NCBI GenBank assembly: GCA_020137815.1
Contig: CM035355.1
Span: forward strand, 124,001-188,000
Direction of reading: 5' to 3'
DNA from: Hormiphora californensis
Lineage: Eukaryota > Animalia > Ctenophora
DNA: 64,000 nt
A program made the position numbers and the translations under genes. This document shows positions 42,376 to 51,270 of this stretch, piece by piece (position 1 is the first letter of the stretch; each line of letters starts with the position of its first letter). Under the pieces are notes generated by a model. That model did no database searches. It had not been told where the DNA came from and saw nothing but the letters and a program-made list of their open reading frames with translations.

Positions 42376-43115
42376 TTCAACAAGGACACCGACCCAACCT
42401 CCTGTAAAGCTGGAAACATCGATCTACAAGCAGCCATCGCATCAAAATTAAAAAACAGATAACTCGTCACGTTGTTGTCAGTCTGCTGATACCATTCCTG
42501 ACTACCCTCCTGTTAAAGGTTACTCCAGTCTTCGTAACAACTCGCTCGTCGCTCTGCTAAAGGAAGGCATATAGCAAAGCTCACTTCACAACCACTTCAC
42601 GCGGATACATTAGTTGAGTGCGTGGTATATTTTCTTGTGTTATGTATACCGAAACTAATTTGTAAATCTTGTAAATCTAATCATTGTCATGTTTGTCTCT
42701 CTAGGTTTCGTCATGTATGCTGTCCCTCAGTGCGGTAATAAGTTTTGTGTCATGTTGCATTGTATTACCTCATTACCTCATTACCTGAGCATTGTATTAC
42801 CTCATCTATCACCATTCAACGAACTCGAACCGCCGCTGCAGTGACCCACCGAGCCAACTTCTCCTCCCAGCTCCTCCAACAATCCTCGTCTTCATGAGAT
42901 CGGAGTTCAACCACCACGAAGAACCAGAGGACGTCCGAGGACCAGAGCAACCCCTGAGGACCTTCTTCCTTCAGATTTTGGTCAGACAGTGAAACCGAAC
43001 AGCAGAGATATGGGGATTCAAGCCATCAGATGCAATATCTGCAAACAGCCGGGACATGTCGATAGAATCTGTCCCACCCATTCCACTGCATCCTCGACTA
43101 CTCATCCAGCTCTTA

Positions 43116-43371
43116 AAGTCGGATTTCTTCAAGTTATCACCCCCCTTTTCGCGCGCGGTGTCGTATTTGCGCGTGACAGCCCCCACTTTCTCTCACTTCT
43201 CGGCAAAAAGCCGCATATTCATCGGAAAGAAAATAATTTTGTGAGTCCGTAAAGTTTTTGTTTGACGAAATTGGTCAAGAAATGAAGGCGTGAGAGTCAA
43301 AATAAGTTTCCAGCACGCAAATAAAATGTCGCGTGCCACCCAGGGCGGTGACAACTTCAAAAATCCGACTT
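43116..43371. mobile_element. MITE interrupting the zinc-knuckle ORF
   Basis: ta|aagtcggattt ... aaatccgactt|ta; removal restores the reading frame. Confidence 0.8.
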
Positions 43372-43907
43372 TACTTCTTTCCCTGCAGTTGTGTCTAAAT
43401 TTGTCCAGACTTCTCCATCTTTTTCTACTAGACGCCCTGATTTGGGAGATGACTTCATTGAAATGCTAATGAACGGTGTCTCTCTTTCTGATGCATTACG
43501 CTGGTATGGACTGAAGCGAGAGGAGCTGTCATGATTGCGTATTCACTGCGTATTTGCTGCATATTCACTCTGGAACCGCGGCGTATTCACTGCGTATTAC
43601 TTGCGTATTCGCTCTGTATTCACTGCGTATTCGGTCTGTGTTATATACTACATAAACGCTGCGTAAACACTGCGTAAACACTATCGGAGGATGCGGGTAG
43701 AACCAAAGACTGAGTATTGGCAGCCAAAGTTGTGCCAATTTTCCTCAAAAATCCCAAACGTAATTGAGAAAATCTTCCCAAAATCTCAAAAATCTTATCG
43801 GCCAAAAATAGCGTAGCTGAGATTTTTGCGGCAGCCCCCCCCCCCCCTCCTCGTATTATCTTTTCAAAGTACTGTTCTTAAAAATTGATCTCCAAAATTG
43901 TTGTTTT

Positions 43908-44102
43908 TCAGGACAAAATTGGGTAGTACATATGAAATATTAGGTCGTGCGCGCCAAATGGCGCCAAATGGCGCCAGAAATGGCGCTATTTGGCGATAGT
44001 GCGCACTCGCTACATTTTGGCGCCAAATGGCGCCATTTATTCGCCACGTGGCGCCATTTGGCGTGCACGACCTAATTTTTCATACTACCCAAAATTGTCC
44101 TG
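43908..44102. mobile_element. Short palindromic MITE with ggcgccaaat subrepeats (copy at ~29927-30120)
   Basis: caggacaaaattgggtagta ... tactacccaaaattgtcctg. Confidence 0.7.
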
Positions 44103-44195
44103 TTTTTCTTCTATAGCTATTCTATGCCCATTGCCCATGGGAATGTTACAAATCTTAATTGAGGTCCTTAACGTAATTTATTTTGCATTGCTTAC

Positions 44196-44301
44196 CAAGA
44201 TGGTCCCACCAAATTCGACTTCGTTCAGAATGATGCTCAAGCTGCCGTATTGCATTCTTAAGACACTTTATTTCTTCCTCGATACATGTCTTCTCATCTG
44301 C
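44196..44301 (-). CDS. Internal exon (106 nt, phase 0-1): ADEKTCIEEEIKCLKNAIRQLEHHSERSRIWWDHL
   Basis: ctccacag| acceptor, G|gtaagc donor; joins the next exon as ...WWDHLGEWEAVEEH. Confidence 0.75.
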
Positions 44302-44360
44302 CTGTGGAGTGTTTAACGATCACTAGGATTATAGGCAAGTCAAATCGTGTTATGTAAATA

Positions 44361-44799
44361 TCCTTATTATAAAGTACAAATGCGTGGCGTGGTGAGGAGG
44401 AGGATGTAGTATCCCACGTGCAAATGGTGGGGGTTGCCAAGGAGGTGGCTTGGGAGGGGTATTGGAGGTTTTGGGGGGATACTGCACGTGCATGTTGTTG
44501 ATTGTTTCTTGCGTGTTCCTGTGGTGTTCCTGTGGTGTTTTGGGATCTACTGCTGGGATCGCCATGATTGCCAAACCCTTTCTACCTACGTACCCCGTTG
44601 ATTCTCTACACAGCTATCTATGGATCTTTATCACCTGTTTCTACATGTTATTCAGCGGGATTTCCCTTGATATTTATCATCAGCGCTCTACCACTACGAA
44701 CCTCCGTATTCTTTACCCCGACATGGAGAGACGAATAGTAAGAGCTAGAGGGGGGATAGAGACGGGGGGGGTGTTGTAATACTACAATGGGCTTTCTAG
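44361..44799 (+). mobile_element. Non-autonomous Helitron
   Basis: A|TCCTTATTAT ... ttgta-atac-tacaa hairpin ... CTAG|T, no TSD; inverted relative at 52822-53273. Confidence 0.75.
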
Positions 44800-45736
44800 T
44801 TATTATATATTTTTCAATAGTCGCCCAAACCTATTACTCTCTAAAGGCAAGCCAATTCAGGTTGAATGTGATATTATTTGTGAACAAGAATAATTGTCGT
44901 GATGCTAGCTTAAATAATGCGCCAGTGGCGAGAGGTGCCACTGGCACGCTCTCTATAAAAAGCCATCTGGGTCTGCTCTGATCAAATCAAATCAACCCCA
45001 GGGAAACCTAGGGCAGAATTATTTCAAACCGTGTCAAACCGTGTCACACACACATTGTCATATCGACAGATCTCAATTTCTGGAATTGCTGTTTCTCTGT
45101 GGCACTGATTTTTCTTGTTTCTCTCTCCCAATTTGATTTCTCTCTTTTCCTATCCCGAAATTTCTCTCTCTTCTCTCTTTCAAATCAGACTCTTGCCGCG
45201 TCACTTTCGAGCCTGATGTGTCAAACGGAGCGGTCATCCTTTAATCACCAAATCGGAGGTTTCGTTTCTGTGCGAGGTAACTGATTCTCTCTCTCTTCCA
45301 TCAGTGCGCTCCCGATACAAACCAAATCAAGGAGCCAGCCCTAAGACACAACCTCAAGCTAGGGACAAAGTGCAGCTCCCTAGTTGTGAGTAGTAATAAT
45401 AATAATAATAATAATATTCCGCACTTATATACCGCCCATACCCGACGGAAACATGTCAAAATATTGGCGATGTTCCGACGAGTCATCAGAGCGGTATATC
45501 CTAGAGTATAAATATCGCACACGAACAACTCTGGTTGAAAAAGACAATATATGGAAAACCAAATTAACTGGACTTATCAAAACTGGGGGAATAACTGGTC
45601 CCATAAACCTGTAGATATAATTTTAAACACGCTATACTCACACCTGCTCAAAAAAGGATACCAGATAGTGATTTAATAACATGACTAGAGAGAGGATGAC
45701 ACTGATTGCCCGCAGGCCCCACAACTACAACAAACA

Positions 45737-46360
45737 TTACAACTCAGCCATGGGTTCCCCATCACCCACTCCAAATGCACCAACGAAGAGATGTGTTTTC
45801 AGGCGAGCTTTAAAGGTATCAACGTTGGGGATCGTCCTTAACTCGAGGGGTAGCTCATTCCAAATAGTAGGCAGAAATACCGATAGTCTCCTACGTCTCA
45901 ATTTAGAATTGGCATTGATACTGGTCATCTTGGGGTGTTTTAATCTGTAAGGATCAATAACATTAGTCATCCTTGTTGTCCTGGAGACTCCCCAGCTTTC
46001 ATCAAGAGGTACCATTTCCTGGAGGTAACCTGGTGCTGTTCCATAGACTATCTTATAAGCGATTAGACAGGCTTTGAAGTCCAGTCTGTAGGAGATGGGT
46101 ACAATATGACACTGCCTGAAGTATTCCAAGTAATCCTCTTGATGCCCATGGATGTTGAATATAAAGCGTACACAGGAGTTTAGTGTTTTCTGGAGCCCAC
46201 CAAGAACTCGGGCCGGAAGTCCACAGTACAGAATATTACTGTAATCAATCCTCGATATAATCAATTGTTTGACCAGCATTATCTTCGTTTGAATATCAAA
46301 ACATCTGTGTAACTGCCAGAGATTCCGTAGTATCAGCCCACACTGTTTCCTCACATTATT
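45737..46360 (-). pseudogene. C-terminal part of LINE ORF2, out of frame after the deletion
   Basis: L2-type motifs SRIDYSN..GLP, FKACLIAYK, APGYL, WNELP..FKARLKTHLF. Confidence 0.85.
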
Positions 46361-49300
46361 CTCTTCACCTTCGCCAGACACTCCTCAATATCAACCTTTG
46401 TCCTAGACCAGCCAGTAGAATCCGTAGGAACCAGACTCACATAGAGCTGGGAGTCGTCTGCATATAACTTTATCCGGAGTCCATATGGTTCCACAATATC
46501 TTGCACAGCTTCAATGTAAAGTAGAAACAAAATTGGACCAAGAAGGGACCCCTGGGGCACTCCACAGAGTAAGGCTAGGGTATCCGAGAAACAATCACCA
46601 ACTGAGACTCTAAAAGATCTGGAACTCAAGTAGCTCTTAAACCATTGAAGAGGATCACCATCCACTCCAAACCGTTTCTGCAACACCTCCAACAACTTTT
46701 CATGATCCACCGTATCAAATGCGGCACTCATGTCCAAACAGATCAGAGCCACGACATTTTCTTTATCCATCTCACCTAATACATCGTCAAACATGCTGGC
46801 TAACAGAGTTTCGCAACTGTGACCAGCACGATAACCGGATTGATGCTTGCCCAGAAGTGAATTGCTTTCAAGGTACTCATTCAGCTGCATGAGCACCACC
46901 TTTTCTAGGAGCTTAGAAAGGAATGGGATATTTGAGACAGGACGATAGTTACTGAGAGCTTCCCTATCTCCGTACATATTCTTGATGGTAGGAAACACGA
47001 TAGCCTTCTGGAGAGATTCCGCAACTGTAGACTGATGTAGAGATTGGTTTACCATCGATGTTAATACCGGAGCAAGATCCCTAATGCACTCCTTTACTAC
47101 CCAAGTGGGCAACGGATCAAGGTCACAATGTTTGCTTGACATAGACTTCACCACCTTAACAAGTTCCTCCTCCGATATCTCTTTGAATTCCTTCCACGTT
47201 GAATGACAGGCTTTTCCGGGTTCCTCAAAGTCGCCAGCTTGCTTCTGCTCCTCATTGACTTGGGTTCGAATTTTTTCCACTTTGGAACTAAAGAACTGGG
47301 AGAAATCATCTGCCAAGTTCTTGGTGTTTGTTGTTTCAGGAAGAATTGTTTCAGCTTTTCCAAGAAGTTTCTGGAGCTTACTTTGCAATTTCTTTGGGTC
47401 ACCTTTGGCAGCAACCAAGTCCTCTTTAATGAAAAGTGACCTCTTTTCCCTATCCATCTTTCCATACAGTTTCTTCAGGTCATTAAATCTCCGTTTCGCA
47501 TCCACAGTTCCGAGTTTCCGCCAACACCGTTCTGCATTCCTCCTCTCTCGAAGTAATCCTCTAAGTTCCTCATCCCTCCATGGCTTAAACTTTTTCCCAA
47601 TCCTCACCCGCTTCCTCGGTACTCGCCTCTCCACTATACCTTCCAGCCAACGATAGAAATTCACCACGCCCTCCTCTGGATCCCTACCTCCTTCAAAATC
47701 AGCCTTCCGCAAATCCTCCCTAAATCCTTCCAAATCCACTGACTTGTAATCCATGTACTCTCGATATACTGACTTCTTCAGACAGGAGTTCGACAGGTCA
47801 GGTCTCACTTCAATCCCAAACTGTACTAGGAAGTGATCTGATGTAGTACCATTAGGAAATATGGATATGTCACCTAGAGAAGTTTCTCTTGTAGTTATCA
47901 CCAAGTCCAAGGTTCCTCCAAGCCGGTGAGTAGGTAACAGTGGCACTCTTTGTTGAAGATCAAATGAATCCAGCAGCTCCAAAAGTTTCCTCGCATAGAA
48001 GTTATTAGCATCCTGCACCTGGAAGTTCAAGTCACCAGCGATGATCGGAGTACCTTGCTTCATAACAAGCTCGGATAGGTAATCACCAAACTCCGATAGG
48101 AAGGTTGCTTCTGTAAGTCTTGACTTCGGTGTGTACGGAGGTCGGTAGACATTACAGATTCTCTTCGGTTGATCTCTGTCACTGATCAGGACCTCTTGAA
48201 CTTGAAAAGACTTATACTTAGTCTTCACCGGACACTGTCGAAGAACTATGCCATCTCTAAAAAGGATTCCAATTCCTCCACCTCCTCTGTCTCCTCTGGG
48301 GCACGAGAAAATATCCCATCCATTATCTCTGATTTCTTGAAGTTTTCCGGTGTCTGTTGATTTCAAAAATGTTTCCTGTATAAGACAAATATCACAATCC
48401 TCCTCTTCCAGATGCGAAATAACTCCTCCAGTTTTGTTAATGAGAGAGCGGACATTTAGTGTCCCAATCTTCCAAGTCTTTTCCTGTGTAGTTCCTCCTT
48501 TGTCCTCGTCCAGTACAGGTTTTTTTTCTTCTTTGCTTACACCTGACGTCCTCTCCATAAGCCGTGCTCGTTCATTGATGTACGAGGGACACCACATACT
48601 AGAAGCTGTATGGGTCCTCGCATACTTCTTGTCCTCTCTTGATCCTCCAACCGCACAGTTCACACACTTCATCTTACCAGTCTCATTGTTCTTCTTTGCC
48701 CTACAGTCCTTTGTCTGGTGTGTTCCAGCACAAAAGCAGCACACAGGGTTTTCCTTCTGAGGACAGTAGATCGAGCCTGCTATATGTCCGTATCCTTGAC
48801 AGTGATAGCATTGAATCACATGATACCTGTTCTTGACAAAATGTTGTCGAAGACCTAGGTTGAGTTTATCACCGTTGTTAGACAAAAGCCTCCGGATCTC
48901 TGGAGCCATCTGGATCACTGCATACCTGTCTCTCTCGCTCACAAACACTACTTTCAACTTCTTATCCTCATGATAAAGCTTTCTGATATCCTCATTTTTG
49001 TTCAAAATTGCTGCCAGGATAGTCTCCTTTTCCAGTAGTTCAGGGTTCAAATCATTAATCGTCACCTTTGGTTCAAGTTTCTTGGCCTCCTCTGAGAAGA
49101 ATGACATGGAGCAGTCCTGTGCAAGAGGAGTCAACACTTTCTCCGCTTCCTTCATCTGGTCCTCATTAGGGAAATACAGTCGAGTATGGTCACTGTTCAC
49201 TCTGGATCTCACCACCGGTATCGTCTTCAACGCAGTTTCCACTTTGGGTTTGACCTCATCAGTCCACTTCTTCGCACAGAATCCTAACCCTCCTTCCTCA

Positions 49301-49701
49301 TTGATGCCAGTTTTAATATTCACATAGTGTTTCATCGTAGGTGTAACCGGTTCCTCTGGATCACCACCACCACCAATGTCACTTCTACCATTCTCCACAG
49401 GCTTGACCAAAGCAGAGATAGTCGAAACCAGATCTTTGTGCAGCTTTGCAAACGACTCCTTCAGGTCAGTTTGGTCTCCAGGAACAGAAAACGGTGCCGA
49501 CGCCGGAAGCATACTGTAGCAGGCTTTGAGAAGATGCCACAACTGAGGTTTATGGACAGACGACGGACAAACAGTGTCACCCCTCTCAAGGCACACTAAC
49601 AAATCACTACCCTTATAATCATTGCTAAATACTTCTCCTGATAACACGTCTTCAAAATCACTCTTAGTGATACATATGTCATAATTACTCGTAACGGTCA
49701 T
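46351..49701 (-). CDS. LINE polyprotein: gag-like ORF1 (three Cys/His knuckles) + APE endonuclease + reverse transcriptase (truncated after YADD)
   Basis: CYHCQGYGH, CCFCAGTH, CVNC..H..C; NVRS, QET, YRPP, GDLN, SDH; NYRPVS, QSGYR, LDMSAAFD, GVPQGS, YADD. Confidence 0.92.
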   Translation of the reverse strand: MTVTSNYDICITKSDFEDVLSGEVFSNDYKGSDLLVCLERGDTVCPSSVHKPQLWHLLKACYSMLPASAPFSVPGDQTDLKESFAKLHKDLVSTISALVKPVENGRSDIGGGGDPEEPVTPTMKHYVNIKTGINEEGGLGFCAKKWTDEVKPKVETALKTIPVVRSRVNSDHTRLYFPNEDQMKEAEKVLTPLAQDCSMSFFSEEAKKLEPKVTINDLNPELLEKETILAAILNKNEDIRKLYHEDKKLKVVFVSERDRYAVIQMAPEIRRLLSNNGDKLNLGLRQHFVKNRYHVIQCYHCQGYGHIAGSIYCPQKENPVCCFCAGTHQTKDCRAKKNNETGKMKCVNCAVGGSREDKKYARTHTASSMWCPSYINERARLMERTSGVSKEEKKPVLDEDKGGTTQEKTWKIGTLNVRSLINKTGGVISHLEEEDCDICLIQETFLKSTDTGKLQEIRDNGWDIFSCPRGDRGGGGIGILFRDGIVLRQCPVKTKYKSFQVQEVLISDRDQPKRICNVYRPPYTPKSRLTEATFLSEFGDYLSELVMKQGTPIIAGDLNFQVQDANNFYARKLLELLDSFDLQQRVPLLPTHRLGGTLDLVITTRETSLGDISIFPNGTTSDHFLVQFGIEVRPDLSNSCLKKSVYREYMDYKSVDLEGFREDLRKADFEGGRDPEEGVVNFYRWLEGIVERRVPRKRVRIGKKFKPWRDEELRGLLRERRNAERCWRKLGTVDAKRRFNDLKKLYGKMDREKRSLFIKEDLVAAKGDPKKLQSKLQKLLGKAETILPETTNTKNLADDFSQFFSSKVEKIRTQVNEEQKQAGDFEEPGKACHSTWKEFKEISEEELVKVVKSMSSKHCDLDPLPTWVVKECIRDLAPVLTSMVNQSLHQSTVAESLQKAIVFPTIKNMYGDREALSNYRPVSNIPFLSKLLEKVVLMQLNEYLESNSLLGKHQSGYRAGHSCETLLASMFDDVLGEMDKENVVALICLDMSAAFDTVDHEKLLEVLQKRFGVDGDPLQWFKSYLSSRSFRVSVGDCFSDTLALLCGVPQGSLLGPILFLLYIEAVQDIVEPYGLRIKLYADDSQLYVSLVPTDSTGWSRTKVDIEECLAKVKRIM

Positions 49702-49840
49702 CCTAAAACACCCGTTGCACGCCGGCCAACAAAAAACTCTTCACTGATATCACTCGAAGTTAAGTTAAAGTAGGCCTAACAGAGATCTAAAAGATTAGAG
49801 AATAGATGCTAACACAGTTATCGGAACGATTGACGGCAAA

Positions 49841-49882
49841 CTCAAATTAATTTGTTTAAAGTAGTGTTGAAAAGTTTGAAAC
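49841..49882 (-). other. Ctenophore-type spliced-leader exon forming the LINE 5' terminus
   Basis: 42 nt GTTTCAAACTTTTCAACACTACTTTAAACAAATTAATTTGAG matches the ctenophore SL as recalled; followed by TTTGCC, not a GT donor. Confidence 0.75.
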
Positions 49883-50381
49883 AAAGACAACTTGTATATC
49901 ACTACATTTTGATGCCAGCCCTGTTGACCCAAGCTTCCTGCCAGCTCTTTGACAGGCCCCAGAACTAATGCATGTGCTAGTTATACTGCCAAGGGGAGCC
50001 TACCAACACAACCCAGGATAACTAGTCATACACTGAGATTGTAAAGTTTTACACATAAAATACATCTGAAAACCAAATAATATTCCACCGCCTGACAACT
50101 GACAGGGTAACACGTTGAAATTTTGATCCGTACAATAGAGAGAGGATTGTATTTTTCCAACTTTTATCTCCAAGTGGCTCCATGTTTCTGAACCACCCTG
50201 TACTAGGGGTTGCTAAGTCGGAATGAATCGCTATGAATCATTTTACCTGTTATTCATTGGGTAATTATCTACTGATATCTGGAGTTTCAGCCCAAACGGT
50301 TGAGCCACTAAAAATCGCAAGCCACCCTGCTCTCGCATGGGGCCTCACGGCCCCATGTGGGAGTGGTGCGTGTAGTGGACC

Positions 50382-50382
<1 letters not shown>

Positions 50383-50468
<86 letters not shown>
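50383..50468 (+). repeat. (GA)n microsatellite
   Basis: Direct. Confidence 0.95.
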
Positions 50469-50471
<3 letters not shown>

Positions 50472-50605
50472 TAGAAAGAACAGGAATGAGTTACCCTCGA
50501 AAAATAAGAGATTGAGATACCGAGGGATAGAGATACCCGGCAGTAGCAAAAGGTGTAAGTGGGTCACCTTTCCCGCCAAGTAATTTCAATTAGTTTTTGG
50601 CTTAA

Positions 50606-51270
50606 TATATACATGAGGTATAAACTCTGGCCACTGGCGCGTTATTTCAGATAACTTTCTCCCAGCGCGCCGCTGGGAGAAGTTAGCTGAAGTTTATCCG
50701 CCGCTGGCGGATAAACTGGTTTAAATCACGACGACAATCCCGAGGCGGAGCCGAGGGAGAGGCGGAGGGGTTTAAACCTATAACGTGCCAGTGGTCAGAG
50801 TTTATAGGTTACATACCCTGCTTTAGTTGTTTATTTCAAGTATTACACACCAACAAGAGAGAGAACACTAATCAAAACACTCAAAGAGGACTGAGAAATA
50901 GTTAAAACACCTCACAATTGAGTGTACACTGTTTGGTAACAGTTACTAAGCAGTTGCTAAGGAAAGAGAGTGAAAGAAATAGCCTGATAAGGGGCATGTC
51001 ACACATAACACAAAGGAAGAGATAGTGAGACAAAAGGGGAGATAAAGAGAGAGTAATTGACGGAATGTGTCCTTTCTTTCTCTCCAATGTAGTGTGTAAG
51101 TGTTGCACATAGTGTTCCCTCTGTATTTTAGTAAGAACTGATCATTTACACACACTTTGAATGTTCAAAATAAATAACCTGCCAGTGGGAAATAATCTGC
51201 CGCTGGACTGGCTGTTTATTGAGAGCGCGCTAGTGGAACTGGCGGGTTATTTAAGTTAGCAGGGTATATA
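50606..51270. mobile_element. Repeat absent from the duplicate block; Crypton-like palindromic motifs (tentative)
   Basis: tataaactctggccactggc / gccagtggtcagagtttata; ccgaggcggagccgagg; missing at ~36505. Confidence 0.4.

Larger units (their letters stand above)
41310..43704 (+). mobile_element. Long-TIR element carrying the 3' remnant of a MULE-like ORF
   Basis: TIRs (gcatcctc..cgatagtgtttacgcagtg...) ~130 bp; QPPRRTRGRPR...CNICKQPGHVDRICP; stop at 43532-43534 abuts the right TIR; no TSD seen. Confidence 0.6.
45384..49882 (-). mobile_element. L2/CR1-group non-LTR retrotransposon, both ends present, SL at 5' end, internal RT deletion
   Basis: SL, ~140 nt 5'UTR, ORF, ~350 nt 3'UTR ending gggcggtatataagt..(ATT)n; no TSD visible. 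Confidence 0.92.

Noticed and set aside
49841-49882. SL RNA gene
   Set aside because: No GT donor follows the exon; it runs directly into the LINE 5'UTR
45360-49900. TSD for the SL-LINE
   Set aside because: Flanks (…tagttgtgagtag / aaagacaacttg…) share no direct repeat
50247-50340. Possible upstream exon ending AACAG|gtaaaa
   Set aside because: Phase incompatible with the next supported exon and no linking exon found
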